DNA of 64,000 nucleotides from Candidatus Omnitrophota bacterium (GTDB lineage Bacteria; Omnitrophota; Gorgyraeia; Duberdicusellales; 4484-171): NCBI GenBank assembly GCA_021735655.1, contig JAIPGM010000001.1, positions 96,001 to 160,000 of the forward strand, read 5' to 3'. Shown piece by piece: positions 12,001 to 24,000 of this stretch (position 1 is its first letter; each line of letters starts with the position of its first letter). The notes under the pieces were generated by a model. It saw only the letters and a program-made list of their open reading frames with translations, ran no database searches and was not told where the DNA came from. The position numbers and the translations under genes were made by a program.

Positions 12001-15000
12001 TCCGCTTGATAATGGAAGAGATAATCAATCCTCCCTCAGCGTTTCAGGGACCGACTTAAATCAATTATCGGGTGGATCAAGAACGCGGGCCTTAGAAGGC
12101 TTAAGTAGCTTCTACATAAAAACTAATTCAGTACCGGAGGGTATTCAAGAATTGTTTGATAGTCCTTCCGGATTATTAATAACCGTATCTGATTCTGATG
12201 GTGTGGTTGGCTATGCTTGGATTGATGTCCCAGCTGATGAGGATCAAGTACCAGCCAGGGTAGTCGTTAGTTTAAGTGACCGTCAATCTTTGGCAGTAGC
12301 TGAAAAGCTTAACCATGCAGTAATAAAAACCTTTATCGAAAGAAGTATCCTAAGTGGTAGTAAATTCCTCTTATCAACTCCTAGTGGAGAAAACCTTAAC
12401 TTCGCTCAATGGTTAAATCAACAATCACAATTCATCGCTGGTTTAGCCCAAGCCGGAATAGTTGTTGCTGACATTCAAACTAGTTTTTTAATTGAAGAAG
12501 GTAAACTAATGACTGTGACAGTAGCATCAAGACATCAAGATAAAACCAGAGCAAATAGAAAACCTTTAAATAACGGAAAACAAAATAGACAATCGCCTCC
12601 CAGCGATATAGATGGATCCCTGTTAAGGGATCAGGTAAGAGGAAGGGCTAGTCATGACGTGGCCGTGACTGGTCCTGCTTCTAAACCTTTGGATAATGGT
12701 AAGGATGTCGAAAGAGCAGAACATGTATTAGAACAAATAGGGACTGCTTTGGAGGGAGTTAAGGAATTAGTAAGTGCTCATTCTATTATTGTTGGCTTAT
12801 TAGTTGCCACGGTGCTAGTAGCGGTTAGCATTGGTTTATTCTTAGCCATCTGGCGCATATTCTTTTCAGTAAGTTGGTGGTTGCGACGATTGGAGAAGGT
12901 AGAGGCTAAGATGCAGATTCATGAGTTTTTTGTTCGTTTAGATCGGGATAAAGCTATAAAGCTTGTACAAAATATTTTAGCCAACTTCAGGGCAGAGCTT
13001 AAAAAAATTGATAAAAAAATAAATAAAGTGCACAATCGTAAAGAGCGTCTTCCCGAACTGGTTTCCGAGTCTACTTTTGTAGAGGATTTTGCTTATCAGT
13101 CTGATGTAAATGGGGTTACAATTATCGAAGGCCACATGGAACAAATATTAGTTCCTAATCCTAAACGTGAAGATTTAGATTCCAGGATAAAGGGATTAAG
13201 GGAAAGGGAAGAACTCATAACTAAACAAATATCTAAATTGGAAGGTATGTTGACTTCTTGGGAAGAAGCAGCATTAAGGTTAAGATTAGACCAATTGCAA
13301 AAAGAGTTAACCTCAACCCTAACTACTACTCTTGTATATGACTTAGATAGTGAATTAGTTTGGTGTGGAGACTTCGACTATAAATATGGTCAAGAAATTG
13401 GTGATTGGGTTCACTCAAAAATGAAAAGGGTAGTGAATCCAAGGTATTTGCAGCTTGAACAGGAGATAGCAGAAGTAGCTACTAGGTTGGATCGATTATT
13501 AGATGATAGTGCAAGCAGGGAACAAAGAAGACCCACCCCTCTCGACAACGGCACAGAACCTAGCGTGTCTTCTTATCCTCATCCCAGAGCAATACTTTGG
13601 GATTTAGATGGCACCTTAGTCAATACCATGCCACAGGTGTTAGAGAGTTTCGGAAAGGTAATATATTGGATCAGGACGGCCAGTTCGATTGAACCACAAC
13701 AGTCACAATCCCAAATAGCTCAAGATTATTTCGAGCATAAGCCTTGGAAGGCCTTAACTGATCATTTAGTTGATGTTATAGCTCAAGCTCAACAGGATCA
13801 TGTTTCTCAGGCTCAGCTAGCTCAGGTCGCACAAGAGCTAGGCCAACGCTATCAAGCTCCAGCAATGAATCAGGCTGATGAATTAGTTTTTAGTTTTGCT
13901 AAGATTTACGAGGCGGTATTATTAGATGAGGTTGAACATAATCCGCCAGCCTTATTTCCAGGAGCTTTTGCATTAATACATAACGCTAATCAACAGGGAG
14001 TATTACTTTATATTGCTACGGGTACACCGCAAAGGGTAGCTGAAGCTATAGCTATAAACTTACGCCTTGATAATTATTTTAGACGTATATATGGTGTACC
14101 AGTTGATAGTCCCTATCCTTTTGTTAATGGAAAGGCAGATATTTTAGTACAAATAGAGACTGAGCTAGAAATTTCCAGCAGTCAGATTGCTATTGTCGGT
14201 GATTCGGCAGGTGATGTTGCAGCAGCAAGACATCCGTCTCTACCGGAAGGATCTAAGTTTGTTTCAGTCGGTATTGCCAGCAGCCCTGAGAAACGTCAAG
14301 AGTTAAAAGAGGCTGGGGCTGATTTCATTGTTCCGGATTTAGAGTTTACTGGAGGCCAGATAGTTAAGCTATGGTTTCCGGCGGTTCCAGTTGTTCCAAA
14401 TTTACCGCAACGTAACGATAGTTTACCTTTTCAGTTTGTTTTTATGACGGTAACTAAATCAAGCCAAGCTCAAGATTTACAGGTTGAGCCTATTGAATTA
14501 AGGCCATTTTCAAGTCGGATCATCGGGTCGGTACTTGAAGGTGATTATACCGGAGCTCCGGCAGAACTTTCAGCTCGTCAAGTAGACTTTAACCGGCCGT
14601 TAGCCGATCTTTTTCCGATCGTAAGAGCCGCTATCGAGACTAATGATGCTGCTGAATTCTTTTATCTAGTAGAAGGTATCGTAGCTTCTGAAGTTCTTAA
14701 TCCGGCTGAAAAGCGCGAAGCATTCCTTACAATTTCTGCCTGGAGTAAATTTATGCCTAATACAATCAAGGGCGAAGGTTACTGTTCTTATTCTTTTGAA
14801 TGGTTTGCTAACGCTGCCTTAGAGCATCAGCATAGCAATCAAGGTGATCAAGAGTTAAGAATCGGATCTTTGGGCTCAGGCGATGGTTTAGCGATTTATC
14901 AGAATAGAACCTTAATGAGAATACAAGGAGTAACTCCTAAAATTACCCAGTTTGAAATTGATCCGAGAAGTATAGATCGATCTAAGGTTCTTAACCCCGA

Positions 15001-18000
15001 TGATGATTATGTTCAATGCGATCTTTCAAAGCTAGATCCTGAGGTACGTAAAAGATATCAGGGCCAATTTGATGTAATTTACCTTAATAATGTTTTACAT
15101 GAACTTTTTGCCTTCTGCGGTGAAGAAGGCGTCAGAGAAACTTTACGATTGGCTAATGAGTTTTTAAAGCCAAACGGAAGAATAGTCTTTCGAGATGGAT
15201 TGTATCCGCACAACGGAAACACCTATGTTCGGGTTGCGGTATCGGAACAGTATGAAAAAGCCTTCCTTTATTTTATCGCTAATTTTAACTGGCCAATACC
15301 TCTTTTTCTGGGATTTGATGAGGATGAGGTAGTGTTAAGATTCGGAGACTTAGCTAAAATTTTAACCAAAATTAAATTCATACAACAACGAGCCTGGGAT
15401 GATCGTTATCCGGTAGAAGACGAGATGCGGCAAGTTTATCCTTACGCTAGTGTTTATGATTATATGAAATATTTTCATGAAGCTGGATTCGTTAGCGAGT
15501 TTATCAGATTGGGTAATGAGCAGGAAAGCTTACAGCTGTGGAAAGAAGTTTTCCCCTTTAGACAGATGCTTTCACTTGAACAAATTGAAGATGCTGGAAT
15601 CTCACCATTGCAGGAGGCGAGCATTCCGGAAGCGAATTTTACTTCTAAGCCTTTGGATAATGGCAAAGATGTCTCAAGGGCAGAACATATTTTAGGACAA
15701 ATGGATAGATTTCCTCATTCAGCCAGCACTCAAAGCATAGTGTTACATTTTAACCCAGAAGCATTCGCTCAAAGTTTTAGCCCTACAAGCTTTGCTGAGA
15801 GAGTAGCTGAAGTAATTACTTTTAATCCAAAAACTACAGCCGGAAGAGAGTTAGGCCAAACTCTTGATAGAATAGTAAATCAATTCCAGAGTCAAAAATC
15901 AGTATTCGTTCCTTTAATTATTAAATCAGGCCTAGATAGCCCAGAATCATTTGGTTATAAGTCTATAGCAGATTTCTTAAGAAGTAATTTTAATCACAAT
16001 ACTCCGGCTTTACAGTTTATCGTTATAACTGATAGCGTCAGTGACTATCAAGGATTTCTAGATTCTGGTAGTCAATTCGTTTGGGAATTAGTAGCAGTTA
16101 ATAAATTCGATTTCACGCAGAACACCCCCCTCGACAACGGCTATCAAAACCCGGCTGATTTAGCTGCCCGAGCTCGCGAGCTTGGTTTGGAAAATCTAGC
16201 TTTAAATATTGAACAAAATGTAGTTACTACCCAAAAAGACTTAACCGTAGTAGCTGATATGTTTGCTATCGGCCAAAGCCATATCTTTGTTGGTTGGGAT
16301 CAACCAGGGATACATGATAATCAGAAGCTTCAGGTGTTGGGTCAGATCCGTCGTCGTAGTAAGCAATACCCAGGAAACCTAAAAGCCTTGGCTGATAACT
16401 CAAGAAAACTACTTGAAGGTTATTATGCTGGTAAAGGAAGATTCGATGACTACGAAGTAGGCACTCCAGAGACAACTGAAATATCAAGTCTAGTAACTAA
16501 AGAAGGAGAATTAATCCCACAAGCGGTAGCTGCTTATCTAGCTCTAGAAGCTGAAGGTTTAAGCTTAGCTAATCAGGTAGTTTGGGCTGAACCTGCCGGT
16601 GGTAGAGGTGAACGTCTCAGCAAAGAACAACCAATACCTTATCGAGGCATTAAACCAGCTCTTCTTATTGCTTTAATCAGTCAAAACTCTCAATTTGCCA
16701 GCTTCCAGACTCGTCAGATTATGGGTTGGCAGAGATTAGCCAATCAATCTCAAGGAGGGCAATTAGACCTAATTAATTCAATCATGAGTTCAGAAGATAA
16801 CCATGAAGATCTACGTCGTCTTTATGAACAACATAATTACTTTGGCGCTAAACCCGATTCAGTTAACCTACATCCACAACCATTAGTCTTTGCTGTAAAC
16901 ACCTACGAAGGTCATTTTGCGGTTGAAGACGATGCTTATCCTTATCGTTTAGTTGAAAAAGCTCATGGCCATGGTGATATCCATATGGTTTTTCATCAAC
17001 AAGAGGTTGCTAAACATGCCCTCGATCGGGGAAGAAAATATATCGTCTTCTATCAAGATACTAACTTACCGATATTCAGAGCTCTTCTACCTACTTTAGC
17101 CATAACTGAAAGAGAAGGTTATGTTTTAAGCTTTATTGCTTCACCGCGTCACCCTGGTTCAGCAGTCGGAGCTTTAGCTAAATTAACGCATAAGCAAACT
17201 GGCGATGAAACCGTAATGAACGTTGAATATATGCTTTTAGGTGATATGGATGTAGCCGCCAAAGGTAGTGAATTTACTCCATTCCCGGGTAACTTAAACG
17301 GTCTAGTCTTAGCTCTTGAGCCTTATCATCAAGCTCTTGAAGAAGCTCATGGCTTAGTACCAGAATTAATCAATCCGAAAGACCCTGAGCGTGATCTAGA
17401 AGCTTTAAAAGTAATCACCTTGCCTGATGGCTCAACAGCTCATAAACTTAAATCAGAAGCTCGAGCTGAAAATAATATGCAGGATATTGCTGAGATTATG
17501 GGTGATAAAGGTCCGGTAAGAGTAATCCAATTTGAAGATGGAACCTGGATCTTCTCAGCTGCCAAAAATAGCCAAGAATTAGGTAGGCAAGCTGTAGCTA
17601 AAGGTATTCCTTCTGAGACCATGGCTTCAGCTGAAGCTGACTTCTATCGTAATAATCGAATTGCTCTTGCAGTTGCCGGTTTACAAGTAAATGTTAATGG
17701 CCACCAAACTCAATCTCAAGGCGTACCCTACCAGGACGGAGCCAAGATCTATCTTGATCCGTTTATGTATCCGACTCTGGCCTCAGTAGTCGAAGCCTTC
17801 CGTAACGGTGGTTCACTCAGCGAAGAATCAACTTTGGTCGTTGAAGGTGAGGGACGAGTAAACTTTAACCACCTAGAACTAAACGGAACTTTAACTATCC
17901 ATGCTGGTGAAGGAGTAACTATACTCGTAGACGGGTCTTTTGAGACTGTTGGTACCTGGCGCTTTAGAAATTTAAGCCTTGAGGAACTAAGTAACCCAGC

Positions 18001-21000
18001 TATCGGAGATAACGAACTGATCAGAGGTTATCAGTTAATCAGAGATGGTGGCTTAAGATACAATGTAACCGAACCAGGAAGTTATACCTTAACTCAAGAT
18101 GGTTTAACTAAGAATCAAAGTCCTTTGGATAATGGTAAACAAACTTTAGACAATCAACGGACGTTCAGATCTAATAGAGCATGTATAACACCGACAATTA
18201 TCATTGCGGTGGCAGTGGCTTTATCATTTTTAGTTGGAGTAGAAAGATTTTTTACTTACTTTGCAATAGGAATATCCGCCCTAGCTGTGATTTTTAGTCT
18301 TTACTATTCAATTATTGAATTAATTTCTTTTATGAACAATCAGTCTTTTGATAGTAGAAGGCAAGGAGATAGGCAGGATGACCCTAGACGTGAAGAGCTC
18401 AAACGAAGATTAGAACAATCAGATACTGAGAATGATCGAAAAAGACCGTTAGATAACGGTAGAGAGAAGACCATCGTAGATTTATCCGTAAATTTAAAAC
18501 CCGGCCGTTATCATTACCCGGCCTACGCACCAACTGCTGATCAAGACGAACGTGAACCAGACGATGAAGAACGTGGAAGAATTATCGCACTTTTTGGCGG
18601 AAGAAATGTATTTGATCAAGCAGATTTGATTGTAAGAATTGCTCCGAGATTAGAATGGGTTGCTGAGGTTGACATTCTAAGAGAACAACCCAAGAAGTAT
18701 TTATTAATTAATCCTAATGTTATTCGGGGGCCACCGCAGTATGATTCACAACTTAAAATAATTTTTGAGCAGCATGAAGCATATCATTTAGATGGTGATG
18801 ATGAGAATGTCGCTACAAATAAAACTATTGAGTATTTAGTTTCAACTCCAACCGCAGTTAACCAACCAAGATTATTAATTAGCCATCTTCGTTTCCTTGA
18901 AAATAATTCTTTAGGCATAAGGCCGAAGCGAACATGGCGCAATCGCCTCGTTCGACGCATTGATGTGCAAGATTTACCAAGCACAAGACAGAGAACCGAT
19001 CAAGAAAAAAGATTGATTCAAGAAGTTATTGAACGAAACCAAAAGGCCCGGGAATTTTTGCAACCAGTTGAAATATCAGAAAGCATTGCGGTTGATCCGC
19101 TCTTAGCTGATGCGGTTTTGGCTAACTCACCTGAGGATTATCGCAACGCCATGCCAGCCGAAACTTTTTATTATGAAATGGTTGATATAACTATTTTACT
19201 TGATGAATTAGATGATGATGCCGAAGGAAAAGCCGTGTTTGTTTCTTTTGCTAATCAACATGGCTTGACTTATACCAAGGTTATTACCGTTAATCGGGAG
19301 TCTGCTGGAATTGTTCATAGGGTATCGGGAGTAATTAGCGATTTAGATGCTCATATCGGTGACACTATTCAATATCAGGGAAGTCAGAATGAAACTAAGT
19401 TTGCTCCGGCCGCCGGTAAGGAAATTTTTATTCATTGTGCTTGGGTTGGTTCAAGTTTAAACCCGGAACAAATTCCCCAAAACCAACTTAACGCAGTTAC
19501 GATTCCCGAAGATTTCAAGGCTACTAGTGAACAAAGAAGAGCTAAGCGACGCACTAATCGTCGTTTAGTGGTTAGTGCTCAAGGCAGATTTGACCGACAG
19601 AAGGAAATAGTTGACTTAGCTGAGTTACCGGAAGAGGTCAGGAACTCGATAGTTGAAAAATTAGAAGGCATGTTTACGATTTCTGGGGCAACCGATTCAA
19701 GGCGAATTGTAAGAATTGGCGAAATTGTTAAATATGACAATCAAGATCAGGGATACCCTTTGACTTATAAGGTTAGCTGTGTTGAAGGAGAAATAGCTAT
19801 CTTAACCCAAGCGGTTGAAGCAGTTTTAGCTAATCTAGAGATTGAAGTTGATGGTTTGGGAGGAATTTCCAAAGAAACTATTAGTGGATTAATTTTAGCG
19901 GCCTTAGAATTTGGTGTAGCTGAGGCAAGAGCAACTGAATTTGTGCCGATAGCCGGATTTTTAACTTGGGTTGAACAAATTTTAACTGCAGTTGATGCTT
20001 TAACCAACCAAAAAACTCACTCACGTTTAATTACTAGAATTGCTGAAAATACTGAGACATTACCGAGTACATACCGGGAAGCTGCAGTAGTAGCTTTAAG
20101 CGGTCATGATGATCCAGGCACTCTGTTTAAGAAAGTGCATTCGGCGGCAGTAGCTGTGTCGGGAAAGATTTATCTTAAAGAGGATTCTGAGCTAGCAAGA
20201 AAACAGAGTCTTGAGCCGCAAAACCCGACCGAACAAAGAGTTATAGAAGTCTTTACTAGTAGAATTGATGAATATGAGGCAGCTTTAGCTGATCCAAGCC
20301 TATCTGATGAGATGAAAAGTAAAATTTGTTCATTCCCGTTGGTGCTTTTACAGAGTTTAGGTCACACCTTAGCAATTATGCGTTTCTCTGATCCAGTTGT
20401 ATCGGCTCATGTAGCTGTTTTTAGAGGAACGCAATTTAGTGTAGTCGGCTTTGCTATTGATTCACGGGCTCAAAGGGCAATGTTTAATAAAGCTTTTCAT
20501 GAAGTATCAAAAATTACCACTGCAATAATTAGAGAAATTCAGTTTCCCGAGGCTGATTTAGCTGTTGTGCTTGAAGATGTTCCAGAACATGCACCGTTTA
20601 TCCTTATGTTAAGACATGATTTAAGTGATTTATCGCAATATCGCCAGTTACGTCAGAGCTATCCGAATCTGGTGGCAATTGTAGTTATTGAAACCGGAGT
20701 TTTGCATTATGGTATTGCAGCTCGAGCCGAAGGTTTTCCGGTTTTAGCTGAGGCTCACCTTGTTGTTGATGGACATAAGATCTCAGTTTGGGAAGCCGTG
20801 CCTGAGCGGGAAGCTGATGGTCAAAGAGTAAGAGCAATTGTTGATACTGAGGCCGGGATTCTAACAGTTCGTCCGGATAGCCAGACTGCCAATCAGGCTT
20901 TATCGGAGGAGATGGCCGAGGACGCCGTAGATGCTTATGTATTTTCTCGAAGAAGTAATCCAGTTATCTTAGCCGATGGCAGCACTGTCTTTTCAGTAGC

Positions 21001-24000
21001 CGTAATTATGGATTATCTTGAACAACTATCTGATATTGCTCTGGCTTTGGTCCACTTAATTGGTTTAGTTCGGGTTGAGAACTTATATGATGGAATCGGC
21101 AAAGAAGGCATCTCGGGTCAAGGTATTTACTCCGATCAAGAGGAAGAGGCTTGGGTTAATATATATCGTGAGATTGCCACTAAGTCTGGTGTTCGGGTAG
21201 TTCAGGTGAGGTTACCGGATCGAACTTTGATTGATAAAAATCCGCCGGCTTTCCACGGTAATGATTTAGAGAATTTAGCTTTTCTGCTTGAACCGGGTGA
21301 TGGGCGTAATATTGCCACAGTTCATCTAAGAGCCTTGATACGGGTTAACGCTGAAGGAATAGTTGCTAACCAGGGCCAGTCGGGTTCTTATGCTGAGCTT
21401 AGAGCAATGTTTCCAATGGTTACTGATGCGCAAGCTTGGGATCAAGCCATGACCTTAGTTGATGAAGTCAAAGCGGAGTTAGGCGATGATGGTGTTTTAG
21501 CCGAAGGATTCAGCGAAGGGGTAATGTTTGAAACTTCTAGCGCTATTGATCAGGCTGAAACCCTAGCGGCTAATTCAAAATTTGGCAGTGTTGGCAGCAA
21601 TGACTTGATTTCATTTTCATTGGGTAAGACTCGTGGTGGTCAGGACACTACTCAATACCAGCGTGAGTTTAGCTTTATGGTTATGCGTGAGCTTAATCGA
21701 TTAATGGACGCTGTTTCAGCTGATTATCCATTATGTCTTTGTGGTCAGCTAGCCTCGGTTGATGAATTTTTATTATTTGCTGCTTACTCAGCTTCACAGG
21801 GAAGAATAATCGTTCCTAGCGTTGGAGTTGGTCAAGTTGCTTATGTTAAAGAATTTCTCCGACAAGTTGATCCGCAAAGGTTAGCAGCTTTATTTGATGT
21901 ACACTCAGCCGAAGATTTTAATACTCGTACCATAGCTGGCTTAAGAAAAGAAGCAGCGAGGATTAGAGGCCAGATTAGATTAGCTAGCCAGCCATTATTA
22001 TTTGAGATGATTGCTCGCCTAAGGTCAGGCCAGGCACAGCGAAGACCTTTAGATAATGGTAAAAAAGAAAATCCAGTAATAGTTATTCCAGTCCATGTGC
22101 CAGGACAAAATCAAGCCGTAAGTCAGATATTGTCAGATCAAGGAGTAGATAATGAACTTTTTCCGATAACCGTACGTGAATACGAGTGGTATATGCATAA
22201 AAGAATTCGCGAAAAAATTGAAAGTATAAAAGCACAAGCTATTACTACTGTTATCTATGGTTCAAGGTGGCGGGTGTGTGTTCATGATGCTTTTTATGGA
22301 GTGCTACTGGCAACCTCGCTTGATGAAGATAGGGTTGATTTTGATCAGGTTGAGATTTTAATCCCAATTGATTATATTGATGGGATCGACCAAGCTATTT
22401 TAGATAGGCCAGAATTCGTAAATGCTGATTTTAGCAACACCCACTTATTTGGTGGAAATATGAGCACGGAAAATTTATTTCTCATCCCACACCGAATTTT
22501 TGTTTATGGTCAACAGTATCCTGACTTTTCGGGAAGAAAATTAGATGAAATAGATGCTGATTTTACCGTAAGAATTTTTCGTACAGCTCAAGAAATGGCT
22601 GCGCATATCAAATCAAGCCGTAATCATCAAGCTCAGACGCCACTAGATAACGGTAAAAAAGTCAATAAGTTGGACTTAGTCAATTCGCAAGTCAGAGGTT
22701 TAATTTCCGGCAATCAGACTCGTTTTCAGTCGCGACATTTAACTTATACTAATTCGGTAGAGGGGATTAAGGTGGACGATTTAGTTGGTAGTGAAGAACA
22801 GCTAGGAAGAATTATTGATTTTCTTGAACAAATTTATGATAAGGGCGTGGGAAGCTTAGGTGATATTTTACTTTATGGCGGAGCAGTAAGAAGAAAGGTT
22901 TATGATTTAGGTCGTTTTGTCAGCGATTACGATCTTATGGCCCTTCCGAAGCTATCGGCGCGTGAATTACAATTACCAGTAAAAGCTCAGAGGAAGGTTG
23001 CCCGGGGAAAAGCCGAAGCAATCTTAGAAATGGTTGCTGATGATTTAGATAGTACTCCTGAGCGGATAAGTTCACCGCGCGGCAAAGCTGCCTTTGAACG
23101 CATACCGGTAAGCTTAACTTGCTATATTGGCCAAGACGGGGCACCGATTAGCTTCATTAAGCGCAGCCGTCAGCATTTTATCGATTTATCGATTTCACAT
23201 ACCTATATATCAGTTGGTCAAAGACTTATTTGGGATTTTTGGAACGGTCAGGGCTTAGCTGATTCAGTTACTAGCACAGCTCGTTTAGTCGGGTTTGCCG
23301 ATGAAGACGAAATAACCTTACCTAATGTTTTAAGAACAATCAGATTCGTTTATGAATGCGGTCTTAATTTCGAACCAGAGACCGAGCGGATAGTCAGAGG
23401 TTATCTTAGACGATCCCCGGATAGAATTTCTTTAGGAACATTGTCAGATCTTTCGCGGGACATGATTGAGAATGTTCTTTTTGGTATATTCCTTGGAATT
23501 ATGCGGGCTGCTGAATCACAGGAGGCACAGGAGGAGGCCAAAGCTTTCTTGCGGGAAATCGATCCGAACGAGGTATTAACTGATTTCTCACCGCAAATTA
23601 CCAATGAACTTCATTCTAGCCGTCCGCTCGATAATGGAAGGCAACGCGCCTATCAAGATATCGGAGAGTTTACTCACAAACATGTTGTTTATCCGGAATA
23701 TTTACCGGGCGGAACAACCGTAGATAAGCTCATTGAGCGTGAAATGCCCTCAGCCTTATTTGCTTATGAAACAATATTAAGAATAAGACATTGGATGGAT
23801 TCTAATGGGCTAAGTAATCGGCCATTAGTTATTTGGCAGAATATGCGCTTAGCTGGTTTATATCCTTACATGACTAAAGAAGTAATGAGAGAGCTTGAAA
23901 TTATAGAAGTTTCGTCAGAACAAATGAACAGTATTGTTGCTGGAAGAAGAAAATTGCCGCAAGGGCTACAAACGGCACGATTTATACTTATCCGTCATAA

